A stretch of 64,000 nt of DNA from a virus, in IMG/VR virus record IMGVR_UViG_3300045974_000283, positions 1-64,000 of that record, one strand, 5' to 3'. The translations under genes and the position numbers were made by a program. Positions 55,153-64,000 of the stretch are shown here, piece after piece. Numbering within the stretch: the first letter of the stretch is position 1; every line of letters begins with the position of its first letter. The notes under the pieces were generated by a model that saw only the letters and a program-made list of their open reading frames with translations, did not search any database and was not told the origin of the DNA.

Positions 55153-57582
55153 TCAGCGGGTGCCGAACAGCGGGATGTCGCCGCTCAGCATTGCGTTTGC
55201 CATTGCGCTCGCGGTCACCAGCGAGGGAACATCGGCGGGTTTCAGAAGCGCCGCGACTTGGCGGCTCGAACGAACGGGTGAAGGGTTGGTGAGGCGGGAG
55301 GCCAACGACATTTCCATGCCGTCATCTTCGCCAGTGTCGATGTCTTCGTAGCCGTCGCTGTCCATGGGCAGGTCGGCGATCGGTTCGTCGGCCACCATGT
55401 CAAGCGTATCGGCAAGTTCGCGCCGGGTCTCAGGCGTCTTGGACGCGAGCTGGGAAGCAAGCGAGCAAAGGACGCGCGAGTACTCAGGGCCATGCTGAGC
55501 AAAGAGCTGAGCCGAGATGCGACCCGGCTTGTTCACGCCAAGGCGGGACATCTCGCTCTCGAACGCTGCCTTCAGCGGGTTCGGAGTGCTCTTCCACATG
55601 CCACGAGCGAGACCGGTCGCCGCGATGGCGAAGCAGTCAGCCATGACTTGGTCCTTCTTCGCTTGCTCAGCAGCGGCTTGCGCCTTGAACGCCGAGACCT
55701 GACGCGAGACGGTTGCCTTGGTCTGCACGGGAATGCGGACGGGCTGGAAGTTGTAGCTTGCCAGCGCCTTGCGCATACCGTCTTTGCTGACCGAAGCGAG
55801 CACCGCTTCCGAGAAGCCGTCCGTGTACATGACAGCGGCGACGTCCTTGGCGGCGGAAGGTGTCAACGCGGCGACCGCGTAGTGACCCTTCATGGCGAGC
55901 AGGCGGTTGCCGTTCTGCACGATGTAGCAAGCGTTCACCGTGTCATCCAGATCGACAGCGTCCATCAGGATCTCGCCGTCGTCAGACATGGGCATTTCGT
56001 CCGCGCTGGCAATCTCGAAGCCGTTCGCCGGAGCGATACGGAGTTCGGAGCCGACCGTGTTCATGTCCATGAAGATGCCGCCGTCGGCGTCCATGCTGAG
56101 GTCAGGGGTGGAACCCATGCTCTGGTCGAAGGTGAGCATGTCGTCGGCCGCAGGAGCGTCGAAGTTCAAGTCGCCGGTGTCCACGCCGGTGTCGATGAGC
56201 GGGTCGTCCGCAAGCGTCATGGAGAGGTCGTCGGCCAGGAAGTCGTCCTCGTCGCCATCGTCAGCCATCATCATTTCGAGGTCGCCGATCGGAGCGGAAA
56301 GGACCGAGGGTGCCGAGAAGCCAAAGCCCTCGTTGTCACCGTCGTCGAAGGAGCCGTCGTCCTCGCCGAAGAAGTCAGATTTCTCTTTCTTCTTGTCGTC
56401 TTTCTTGTCGCCCTTCTTCTTGAACTGATTGTCCTCCAGAGCGTCTTTGGACTTCTCTTCGCCGTCTTCCTCGTCGGACTCGTCATCGTCCTTGCCCTTG
56501 GTATCCTTCTTGTCTTCTTTCTTGTCTTCTTTCTTTGCGAAGGGGTTCTCACCCTTTTTGGCGGTGACGGCGAAGGGCCAGCGGCGCGGCTCAGCGGCAG
56601 CGGTGGCACGGAGCGGCCACTCGGCAGAAGCGGTGGTCAGATCTTGCAGATCGTCCATGGCGTCGTCGTTCATTTCGTCGTCTTCAAAGTCCGCAGCCAC
56701 GATGGAGCCCGCCTTGACGAGGTCGACGCCACCGCTGGAATCAACGATCTTGAACCCGTACTTCTTGTTTTCGGGATTCATGACCTTGTCCCAAAGGGCT
56801 TGCCAAATGTCCGAGACATCATCGTCGTGAGCGCCACCCACAGCGATGGCGAGATCGTCAGCTTCGTCGTTCTCACCGTCGCCGCCAACTTCTTCGAGGA
56901 TGCCCATCATTTCGTCGTTGAGCTCGTTGGGATCAAGGTGACTGAAATCGTCCTTGCTGCCCATGTAGCGCTTGATGACATCTTCGTAGGCAGAACGGAG
57001 TTCCTTGACGAGACCGCTCGAGATGTTCGCTGAGCTGGATTTCACGCGGCGGCCCGAACGGATCGGTTCCATGGCGTCCTCGGTCTGGCCGAGCTTCACC
57101 GGCGTGACGCCGAAGTTCTCTTCTTCCAGATCGATGGTGTCGAGATCCGGCTCGGACTCAGCAGCCGAGACCTTGCCCGCGACTTGCATTTCGGCACCGC
57201 ACATGGAGCAGGCGGCCGAACCAGCGGAAGCCTTGAGAGCGCTCTTCTGCATGATCGAGGTGGCACCGCATTTGCACTGAACGGCGGCGACCACAGCGTC
57301 GCTGGCCGCGAGCGTCTTGGCGCGATAGGGCTTGCTCGTGGCGATAACGCGAGCGGAAGCGCAGCAAGGGCAGAACGGAGAAACCGTGTTCACCGAAGCG
57401 GTGATGCGCGTGTTGCACGACTGGCACTCGTGATCCACGAGGGCGTCGGCCGCAGCGGCAACGACCGTGCTTCGTGCGGCCAGAACGGCCGGATCAGTGA
57501 CGACGAATGCCAGAACTTTGGCACGAATGCCAATCGCTGCGCTGACGACGCGAGCTCGGGTTTTGCCAGTCGGGTTGCTCAT
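55153..57582 (-). CDS. prohead scaffold/core protein with N-terminal Zn ribbons
   Basis: AAGGA RBS; four Cys pairs, very acidic middle, helical C-terminus; upstream of the MCP. Confidence 0.65.
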   Translation of the reverse strand: MSNPTGKTRARVVSAAIGIRAKVLAFVVTDPAVLAARSTVVAAAADALVDHECQSCNTRITASVNTVSPFCPCCASARVIATSKPYRAKTLAASDAVVAAVQCKCGATSIMQKSALKASAGSAACSMCGAEMQVAGKVSAAESEPDLDTIDLEEENFGVTPVKLGQTEDAMEPIRSGRRVKSSSANISSGLVKELRSAYEDVIKRYMGSKDDFSHLDPNELNDEMMGILEEVGGDGENDEADDLAIAVGGAHDDDVSDIWQALWDKVMNPENKKYGFKIVDSSGGVDLVKAGSIVAADFEDDEMNDDAMDDLQDLTTASAEWPLRATAAAEPRRWPFAVTAKKGENPFAKKEDKKEDKKDTKGKDDDESDEEDGEEKSKDALEDNQFKKKGDKKDDKKKEKSDFFGEDDGSFDDGDNEGFGFSAPSVLSAPIGDLEMMMADDGDEDDFLADDLSMTLADDPLIDTGVDTGDLNFDAPAADDMLTFDQSMGSTPDLSMDADGGIFMDMNTVGSELRIAPANGFEIASADEMPMSDDGEILMDAVDLDDTVNACYIVQNGNRLLAMKGHYAVAALTPSAAKDVAAVMYTDGFSEAVLASVSKDGMRKALASYNFQPVRIPVQTKATVSRQVSAFKAQAAAEQAKKDQVMADCFAIAATGLARGMWKSTPNPLKAAFESEMSRLGVNKPGRISAQLFAQHGPEYSRVLCSLASQLASKTPETRRELADTLDMVADEPIADLPMDSDGYEDIDTGEDDGMEMSLASRLTNPSPVRSSRQVAALLKPADVPSLVTASAMANAMLSGDIPLFGTR

Positions 57583-57662
57583 GGGTGTTCCTTGAATGTT
57601 TAGGAGTCGGATTGCCGAGGGACGACACGACCCCCTGCAATAAAAGTGCAATCAGCAAAGAG

Positions 57663-58151
57663 TTAGAGTTTGATCTCTCCCCCTAAGCTATCGCGGTTCG
57701 GCTTGGCAAGACCGCAGTTGGAAACTTCGTACATATACGCATGATCCGCTTCAGGAGGTATCTCATAGCGTCCAAGGAATACAGAATAGGACAGCTTCTG
57801 AAGGAATCCAGGTGCATCGAGGTTGTTTGTCTTCAATGTCATGCTGACGAGATCATTGCCCTTGTAGAAAAAGATCTCGTTTCCGACAAGAGCGCAGCCG
57901 GGCAGAACCTGAGTCCTGCTGACTTGAATCGTCTGGAACTGTCCGTCGACTCGTACCTCGAGGTCACTGGCAATAGACGCCGGAACCGCCTGGAACAAGG
58001 CCGAGAGGAACAACGTCAATCCCGTTGTTCCAAGGAAAGCCGTTGTCAGTCTCGCCAGGAACGAGGATCGACTCGCAGTCTGAAACACAGAAAGGTTGAA
58101 CCCCGCATGGAGTAGGAACATTCCAGTGAGACTTTCGATTAGGATGTACAT
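57663..58151 (-). CDS. membrane-anchored lysis accessory (antiholin/spanin-like?)
   Basis: Hydrophobic N-terminus, soluble domain with two Cys; last gene of the lysis cluster. Confidence 0.45.
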   Translation of the reverse strand: MYILIESLTGMFLLHAGFNLSVFQTASRSSFLARLTTAFLGTTGLTLFLSALFQAVPASIASDLEVRVDGQFQTIQVSRTQVLPGCALVGNEIFFYKGNDLVSMTLKTNNLDAPGFLQKLSYSVFLGRYEIPPEADHAYMYEVSNCGLAKPNRDSLGGEIKL

Positions 58152-58169
58152 GGTCGATTATCCTTGAAC

Positions 58170-58655
58170 TTACTTTGGTGCATCAGACTTGCCGATGCTA
58201 TCTGCACGACGGTTCACAAACGAACGCAACAGGGGGATGATCCTGTCGGCGAGCGCACCTATGAGCAAGGCTGTGATGAGGAGCAGGTCTGGAACCGTGA
58301 CCTGCACTTCTTTGGGGAGGTAGGCCGCGATGTTCTTGACAACAAGGTGAGTGGTGAGGCCAGCGAACATTCCGCCTCGGAGCAAGGATATCCAGGCCGC
58401 GCGGTGATAAGGCGTGTGGACGTGAAGGATGCGAGCGGCATTCTTCCAGAAGCCGTGAACGACCTTGGGGTCGTCAGGGACCGGTGGAAGAATGAGCAGC
58501 TTGTCTGAGGAGGCCAGCGCGAAGAACGCGCCGAACACACCTGAGGTGATGATGGCGACATCGGTGCCGTACTTGGCCCCGAAGATCGCCGTGAACAGAC
58601 CGATGAGGGTAGAGCCCCCTGCGATTTGTGATGTCGTGGAAACGGGTTCAGTCAT
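58170..58655 (-). CDS. holin-like membrane protein
   Basis: Several TM helices and a basic C-terminus, downstream of the endolysin. Confidence 0.6.
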   Translation of the reverse strand: MTEPVSTTSQIAGGSTLIGLFTAIFGAKYGTDVAIITSGVFGAFFALASSDKLLILPPVPDDPKVVHGFWKNAARILHVHTPYHRAAWISLLRGGMFAGLTTHLVVKNIAAYLPKEVQVTVPDLLLITALLIGALADRIIPLLRSFVNRRADSIGKSDAPK

Positions 58656-58747
58656 AAAACTCCATCTTGAGATAGCGTTGCGTCAGTCGGAGCAGGCTGA
58701 CGATCTGCCTGTGTCGTTGATGGATGACGGAGAGGGAAGACGATCAT
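58652..58747 (-). CDS. 31-aa ORF bridging two holin-like genes
   Basis: MIVFPLRHPSTTQADRQPAPTDATLSQDGVL; ATGA overlaps at both ends. Confidence 0.45.
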   Translation of the reverse strand: MIVFPLRHPSTTQADRQPAPTDATLSQDGVL

Positions 58748-59106
58748 TTCTCAGCTGAGTCAGGCTCCTTGGAAGAAGAGGCCCCCTTGGAGGCTGCATA
58801 CCCGTCGGCCAGTTTGGAGGCCACCGCAGAACCGGACCAGATCAGAGCGTAGCCGAGCAGGATGTACTCGTTGATCTGACCCTTCGTGTAGATCACATGG
58901 TACATGAGCGCCCATGTGGTGGCCGCGAGGGAAACAAAGATTCCCAGTCGAGCGGCTGAGGGTTTGCCCTTGTCGTCGAGCAGCATCTGCTTGATGTCGA
59001 AGCCGTTGTCGGCGTGTTGCGCCGACCAGAGGACATAGAAGCCCATCACCATGAGGGCGATGAACACTATGGCCGGAAAATCAATATTCGCTCGCAGCCA
59101 TTCCAT
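58744..59106 (-). CDS. holin-like membrane protein
   Basis: Three TM helices and a charged tail; directly after the endolysin. Confidence 0.6.
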   Translation of the reverse strand: MEWLRANIDFPAIVFIALMVMGFYVLWSAQHADNGFDIKQMLLDDKGKPSAARLGIFVSLAATTWALMYHVIYTKGQINEYILLGYALIWSGSAVASKLADGYAASKGASSSKEPDSAEK

Positions 59107-59129
59107 AGCTTTCTCCCTGAGGTGATAAA

Positions 59130-59140
59130 TAAAATTGCCC
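59130..59140 (-). promoter_or_regulatory. candidate late-promoter motif GGGCAATTTTA
   Basis: Identical to 32805-32815. Confidence 0.4.
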
Positions 59141-59155
59141 GTTGCAGGACAGGCG

Positions 59156-59800
59156 TTACGAGAGGAGCGCCAGAACTTTCTTGCTCAGCGCCGTGCGGGT
59201 CTCAAGGTCCAGCAGAGCTGAGTTGACCTTGGACGTGATGAGATGCACCGAGTCGTCCGTGATGCCTTGGGCCTGCGCGATCATGTGGACGTCGTGCTTC
59301 AGGCAGTACGAAACCGCTGAGACCGCTGCGTCAGGTGGCAGGACGAGGAGCTCTGGGTGATCGACGTAGGGACGACCCGTGTCTTGCGCTGCCGCTGCGT
59401 AGTTGTCATGGAACGTGGTTTGGATGTAGCCCATCCCACGATACTTCCAGCCGTCACCAGAGGCGACGTCGCCGTTGCCGTTCTTACTGGAGTAGACGAA
59501 GTTCGCCAGCTTCTGAGGGCTTCGCAGGTACTGAGCCTGATCGGTTTCAGGCAGCGCCGAAATCCGCCGGAAGGTGCGCGCGAGCACAGCAGGCGTCGAG
59601 TAGAAAAGGTTCTCTTCCGTCACCTTGAAACGACCAGACTCGACAGCGCACTGACCCAGGATGGCCGCGATGGAGAGGGGCGACGTGAGACCGCGCAGCG
59701 AGAGGGCTGACTGGAAGGCAGCGGTGACAGCCGGAACCTTGTCGGCTGAGCAGCCCAGAGCGGTGAAGACAGCGGCGTTGAGTTTGTCGAGTGCTGACAT
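59156..59800 (-). CDS. GH19 (chitinase-like) endolysin
   Basis: AAILGQCAVESGRF...EENLFYS, GDGWKYRGMGYIQTT, ITSKVN. Confidence 0.9.
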   Translation of the reverse strand: MSALDKLNAAVFTALGCSADKVPAVTAAFQSALSLRGLTSPLSIAAILGQCAVESGRFKVTEENLFYSTPAVLARTFRRISALPETDQAQYLRSPQKLANFVYSSKNGNGDVASGDGWKYRGMGYIQTTFHDNYAAAAQDTGRPYVDHPELLVLPPDAAVSAVSYCLKHDVHMIAQAQGITDDSVHLITSKVNSALLDLETRTALSKKVLALLS

Positions 59801-59807
59801 GATGGTC

Positions 59808-60191
59808 TCAGGTGAGGGAGAGGCGGTAGCGAGCTTGCTTGAACTCGCCGATCGTTTCTTCCAGGGTGTTGCGAAGCGAGTCGGAGCAGGTGATGGAACG
59901 GCTGAGCTTCTCCAAATCGGCGATGAGTCCGGTCAGGTAGGACATCGGGTCGTAGGCCGCGCTGTCCCCCAAGACCTCGAAGCCCTCACCGATGGCCTGC
60001 TCGGCGATCTTGTCCACCGATTCCGACGCGAGGTTGTAAGCCCCGTCGAGGGCAACGTGCGTCGCGTGAGAGTGCGTCATCAGGTGAAGGATGTGCAGGA
60101 CGGTGCGGGCTTGCAGCAAGCGACGCACGACGTTGTCCACCGCGATGGCGCACTGTTCTTCTTGGAACATTCGTTGGGGATCAGACATCAT
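59808..60191 (-). CDS. ferritin/Dps-like four-helix protein (DUF5856-like)
   Basis: HILHLMTHSHATHVALDGAY...VDKIAEQAIG...LRNTLEE...YRL. Confidence 0.65.
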   Translation of the reverse strand: MMSDPQRMFQEEQCAIAVDNVVRRLLQARTVLHILHLMTHSHATHVALDGAYNLASESVDKIAEQAIGEGFEVLGDSAAYDPMSYLTGLIADLEKLSRSITCSDSLRNTLEETIGEFKQARYRLSLT

Positions 60192-60196
60192 TGCCC

Positions 60197-60439
60197 TTAG
60201 TGGCCCGACTGCGTGAGCGGGGGATCAAACATGATGCCGCCGAGCTGAGCGAACTCTGCATCAGTGGTTTCTGCTGGAAGGCAACCGACGAACTCGGCGG
60301 TTTCCGTTTCCGGGTTCAGGCCGCATCGGTACTGGAAGATGACCTGCGTCGGTTTGTCCCGCACACCGACGAGATCTCCGCCTTCGCTGAGAGTGACGGC
60401 CATGCCACCGAAGTTGGCACCAGAGAGGATGAATTTCAT
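60197..60439 (-). CDS. small hypothetical protein
   Basis: GGAG RBS. Confidence 0.6.
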   Translation of the reverse strand: MKFILSGANFGGMAVTLSEGGDLVGVRDKPTQVIFQYRCGLNPETETAEFVGCLPAETTDAEFAQLGGIMFDPPLTQSGH

Positions 60440-60465
60440 GGGAAGCTCCGTGTAGTGGTGAAGGA

Positions 60466-61908
60466 TTATTCCAGGTATCCGTCGATGTGGACGTTACCCG
60501 CGATGACCTGAGAAGCGGTCGCAGTGCCGACAGGTATACGAAGAAGGATGGCGAAGAAGCGGCCCGCCTCGGTGATGAGCGGAGTTGCAAAGTTGCGTAT
60601 GACAGGCGTCGCGTTGGCACCGATCGCGATGCCGATAGGCAACGACTGCGAACCGAGGTGGTGAACGCGATAGCCGGAAGCGACGGCCGTTGCAGCAGAG
60701 ACAGCGGTACTGTTTGCGCCCGCGCTCCAAGTCAGTAGAGTTGGAGTAGTCGCACCTGCCGCACCGAAGTTCCACGTGTCAATCGCGATACCGTTTACCA
60801 CCAGCGTGAAGCCCGTCGGCACGGTGAAGCCGAACAGAACGTAGTCGGTGACCGCACCCGCGACGGCCGCAAACTGGAACTTACCACCGAGGACGGCAAA
60901 CGACGCCGCCGTGTTGGACAGTGCTGTCGTGGTGGCTTCCGTGCTGTTCGTGTAGTTGCAGTTCTGGACCGAGGTCGCCGGAGCGTTGTTCGAGTGCTGA
61001 TGGTTGCCCGCCATGACCGTCTCGACACCACGAGAGCAATCAGTGTCCAAGACGCCGATAGTGAGCTGACCCAGGATACAGATGCCGAACAACGACGGTC
61101 CAGACACCGCGTTGTAGATCCGCGTGTAGCCTTGCAAGTGAGTCGTGAAGTGGAGCTTCTGGATACCCGTTCCAAGGCCGTACACCGCACGAGCGATGAT
61201 GAGGCCGATGCTCGTGTCCTCGATGAGCAGCGAAATCTGATCGTTCTCAAGGATGATCGTGTACGAGTAATACTTATTCTGGTCGTAGGTGTTGCTGCCG
61301 GTGTAGGTGGGAGTAACCTGACCTACGACCGCACTGTTCTGGTAGATGTTCAGGATCGGGGTGTTGGTCGTCGTGAACTCCATCGCCACCGCGTTGGCCG
61401 GGTTGGCGACGCCGGAGATCACGTCCGCCAGACCGACGGAGACGCTACAGAACGGTTGCCCGCCGAACTTGCCGCGCCATTTCATGACAATCGGAGCGCG
61501 TGGCGAGTACGGGACGCGCTTCGTGGTCCGAAGGTTGTTCACCGCTGAGGCCGTCAGCAAGTTCGTGCTGTTCAAGTTGGCGCCAGAGACCGAGAAAGCA
61601 GACACGAAGGTTGTCGCGGTCGTATCCCAGCGCTGAAGGTTCAGGGTAGCGGATTCCCAGTTCTCCCAGATGAGTGGAACCCACTTGGAGGTGGCAAGAC
61701 CGCCGGAATCATCCACGCGCATGGAGACCGCCGTCTTGTCATTCTGGCCCATCATGACCAGACCAGACTCGCGGGTGTTCACCAGCGAGTAGTTGTTCTG
61801 GATGACAGCCGCGCCACCCGTGTCGTAGAGAGTCGCTCGGGCTGCGAAGGAAACTGCGTCGATCGTTAGGGCTTCACCGCCACCGGCGCCGCTGTTGATT
61901 TGTGGCAT
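60466..61908 (-). CDS. virion structural protein with lectin/jelly-roll-like domain
   Basis: T/A/S/G-rich, beta-strand rich; located in the late arm. Confidence 0.6.
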   Translation of the reverse strand: MPQINSGAGGGEALTIDAVSFAARATLYDTGGAAVIQNNYSLVNTRESGLVMMGQNDKTAVSMRVDDSGGLATSKWVPLIWENWESATLNLQRWDTTATTFVSAFSVSGANLNSTNLLTASAVNNLRTTKRVPYSPRAPIVMKWRGKFGGQPFCSVSVGLADVISGVANPANAVAMEFTTTNTPILNIYQNSAVVGQVTPTYTGSNTYDQNKYYSYTIILENDQISLLIEDTSIGLIIARAVYGLGTGIQKLHFTTHLQGYTRIYNAVSGPSLFGICILGQLTIGVLDTDCSRGVETVMAGNHQHSNNAPATSVQNCNYTNSTEATTTALSNTAASFAVLGGKFQFAAVAGAVTDYVLFGFTVPTGFTLVVNGIAIDTWNFGAAGATTPTLLTWSAGANSTAVSAATAVASGYRVHHLGSQSLPIGIAIGANATPVIRNFATPLITEAGRFFAILLRIPVGTATASQVIAGNVHIDGYLE

Positions 61909-61925
61909 TTAGGATGCTCCAAGAA

Positions 61926-62510
61926 TTAGGGATTGACGAAAGCGTACCGAAGCTGATAAGAGCCTTTCGTCTTGGACGAAGCTCGAATGTGGCAGGTAGA
62001 CTGATTGGTTCCAGAAGCCACAGGAGTGCAGCCGCAGGTGAAACTGATGAACTGTAGCTCGTCAGGAAGAGACGATGGCAGCGACGGAGTCCCGCTGAGC
62101 TCGGGGGAGATCCAGGCTAGAACCTGATTGCCCACATATATCGAAGACGGAGCAGTGATGACAACCGAACACGAGTCAACGAGGATGAGTCCAAAGCTGA
62201 TGGTCTGAACAAAAGACGCCAAGCCGTGCTGACCACAAACTTTCCAGGCGGTGCCCGTCCAGTAGAAGTCCTGATAGTCGAAGTCAGAAGCCGTCGCGAT
62301 GGCCCCCGTCACCAGACCTGAGGTGGGAAAAGATGCATAGGCACCGAGGAAACACTTGGTGATCGGGACCCACTGACCGTTGATGGACTGAACCTGATAC
62401 GGGTCGGTGTACAGAAAATTGTTCGTACGCATCTCCACGATCTTGCCGCGACAGAGGCTCGCGTCAGGCAGATGCGTCACGTCAAAGAATGGTTTGTACC
62501 GGGAGGTCAT
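61926..62510 (-). CDS. hypothetical virion protein
   Basis: GGAGG RBS; ATGA overlap with the upstream ORF. Confidence 0.6.
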   Translation of the reverse strand: MTSRYKPFFDVTHLPDASLCRGKIVEMRTNNFLYTDPYQVQSINGQWVPITKCFLGAYASFPTSGLVTGAIATASDFDYQDFYWTGTAWKVCGQHGLASFVQTISFGLILVDSCSVVITAPSSIYVGNQVLAWISPELSGTPSLPSSLPDELQFISFTCGCTPVASGTNQSTCHIRASSKTKGSYQLRYAFVNP

Positions 62511-64000
62511 GCAACCCTCCTCATGGCGACGCGGCCTATTTTCAACGAAGCTGTGAACGTGTTGGCGAAGCGCATGATAACGTTCACGTAGATTTCGTCA
62601 TAACTCACCGCCGTCGGCAGGGTGAACTCCGGTATCACAACCTCACCGCAGAAGCCGCCCGAATAGGATTCAGCGCCTGTAGTTATGGCTGGCAATCCGT
62701 AGATTCCATAGGCCGAAGAATAGCGGGCGAATAGGGACGTCGCGCTGTAGGTGTTGGATCCTTCAACGTTGATCTCTATGTAGTCAAGGTTCGCAGCCGA
62801 GACCAAGTAGATCTCAAGACTCGCTTGATACGTCGCCCCTGCAACGAGTCGAGGGGCCATCGGATGAAGTGCCGTAGCGCCACCGAATTTGAAGGTGAAG
62901 AGCGATGCCGAAGAAGTCGCCGTTGCGCTCAGAGCGTACACGTTGTCATAAGACCCGAGCAGGTCTTGCCTCTGCACGAGCGAACAGGCGATAGCGCGCG
63001 ACGCGGCTCCAGATGTGACGACCGTGGACTCCGAATCGATTGTTCCTGTGGCATTCGTATCAGTGGGCGTCGATCCGGTGGCTGAGAACCCTCCGTCGTA
63101 GATGTTTGACGATTCCGTGGAAACCCCATAGCGGTCGTTGGAGTTTGCAGGTCCAATCGAAAGGGGCTGCAATCCCCACTCCGATGCGCGTTCTGCCAGG
63201 AAGAGGCCGCGAGCCCGGTTCGTGAGGTTGTTGTAAGTTAGTGCGTCTCCATTGGAAGCACAGGCTGGAGTGCCCGTGCCGTCACCACCGTTCGTTCCAA
63301 AGGCAGAAGCGTCAACGATCTTGAGGCTTCCACGGGAGTTGGCCGCGAACCATCGTTGCAGAGCTTTGCCAAGATTGCTCATCACTGCGACCTGAGTCGC
63401 CGTCATGGTTGACCACGGAACTGGAATTTCAAACAAGACCAGAAGACGACGATTCAGGCAAAGCGTTAGCATCGAGATCAGATTTGCCAGGATCGTAGCC
63501 GTGGCAACACCCGCGATGATGTCCGTTCGCATCCCAAAGTCGCCGATCACGACCTCAGGTAGCGTTGGGAGTACGATGTTTGTGAACAGCGTGAGCATGT
63601 CCGTCGTGCTGAAGGTCGTACTGAAGTTACCCGCCAAGCGGAATGGACTCCCGATAAGTTTCTGCATCTCAGCGAACGCGGAGAACTGACCCAGACGCTG
63701 CCCGAGAATCACTTTGTAGGCGTTCGTCGAGGTTCCATTGGGAGCTGAGGGGTAGTTGAAACGTACCGAAGTTGCGCTGACTCGGGCGTTTGTGTAACCC
63801 CAGAGATACAGAACGTCCAAGCTGTTGGAGCCCGCTGTGTACGGATAGCAATGGATTAGCGAGTTGATGCAGGTTTGATTGCTCTGCGTCATCGCCGCCG
63901 TTATCAGACCCGATGCCGCCGTAAGACTGCCGATGGCGATGTCGTACTCTTCACACTCGCGGCCCCAATGCTGTGAGCCAAAGAGCACCGTGTCCACTCC
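62507..64000 (-). CDS. 5'-truncated virion protein, possibly SGNH-like plus beta-sandwich
   Basis: The frame is open to the window edge. VVIGDFGMRTDI and LVLFEIP segments are reminiscent of the SGNH fold, but catalytic residues are not clear. Confidence 0.45.
   Translation of the reverse strand, partial: GVDTVLFGSQHWGRECEEYDIAIGSLTAASGLITAAMTQSNQTCINSLIHCYPYTAGSNSLDVLYLWGYTNARVSATSVRFNYPSAPNGTSTNAYKVILGQRLGQFSAFAEMQKLIGSPFRLAGNFSTTFSTTDMLTLFTNIVLPTLPEVVIGDFGMRTDIIAGVATATILANLISMLTLCLNRRLLVLFEIPVPWSTMTATQVAVMSNLGKALQRWFAANSRGSLKIVDASAFGTNGGDGTGTPACASNGDALTYNNLTNRARGLFLAERASEWGLQPLSIGPANSNDRYGVSTESSNIYDGGFSATGSTPTDTNATGTIDSESTVVTSGAASRAIACSLVQRQDLLGSYDNVYALSATATSSASLFTFKFGGATALHPMAPRLVAGATYQASLEIYLVSAANLDYIEINVEGSNTYSATSLFARYSSAYGIYGLPAITTGAESYSGGFCGEVVIPEFTLPTAVSYDEIYVNVIMRFANTFTASLKIGRVAMRRVA

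Noticed and set aside
1-64000. CRISPR arrays, tRNA/rRNA genes, integrase, IS elements, introns/inteins
   Set aside because: No regularly spaced repeats, cloverleaf/T-loop signatures, recombinase or splicing motifs recognised by eye; tRNAscan/Infernal would be needed to be certain.

Overview
This is a 64-kb, GC-rich fragment of a large (probably jumbo) contractile-tailed dsDNA bacteriophage, arranged as two convergent arms that meet at a bidirectional terminator (28831-28867). The + strand arm (1-28785) looks early/accessory. It has three sigma70-like promoters, a P-loop kinase, an NAD-dependent DNA ligase, a MoxR-like AAA+ ATPase paired with a peptidase/VWA protein, a putative 2OG-Fe(II) oxygenase, a Nudix hydrolase and many small hypothetical genes. 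The - strand arm (28889-64000) is the late block: lysis cassette (GH19 endolysin, holin-like genes), scaffold, major capsid, neck, sheath, tube, chaperone, tape measure, lytic transglycosylase, baseplate and tail fibre, followed by a type IB topoisomerase. The standout is an apparent phage-encoded ubiquitin-like conjugation operon at 16038-21455: a 1315-aa protein ending in an E2-like PH-x6-C module, a ThiF/E1 enzyme, and a double beta-grasp protein ending in Gly-Gly, with no JAB peptidase visible. Other notable signals are a prfB-like CTT-TGA +1 frameshift candidate before the tape measure gene, a candidate late-promoter motif, and an FN3-like domain shared by sheath and baseplate. No tRNA, rRNA, CRISPR array or integrase was recognised. 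All functional calls come from motif reading, not database searches.
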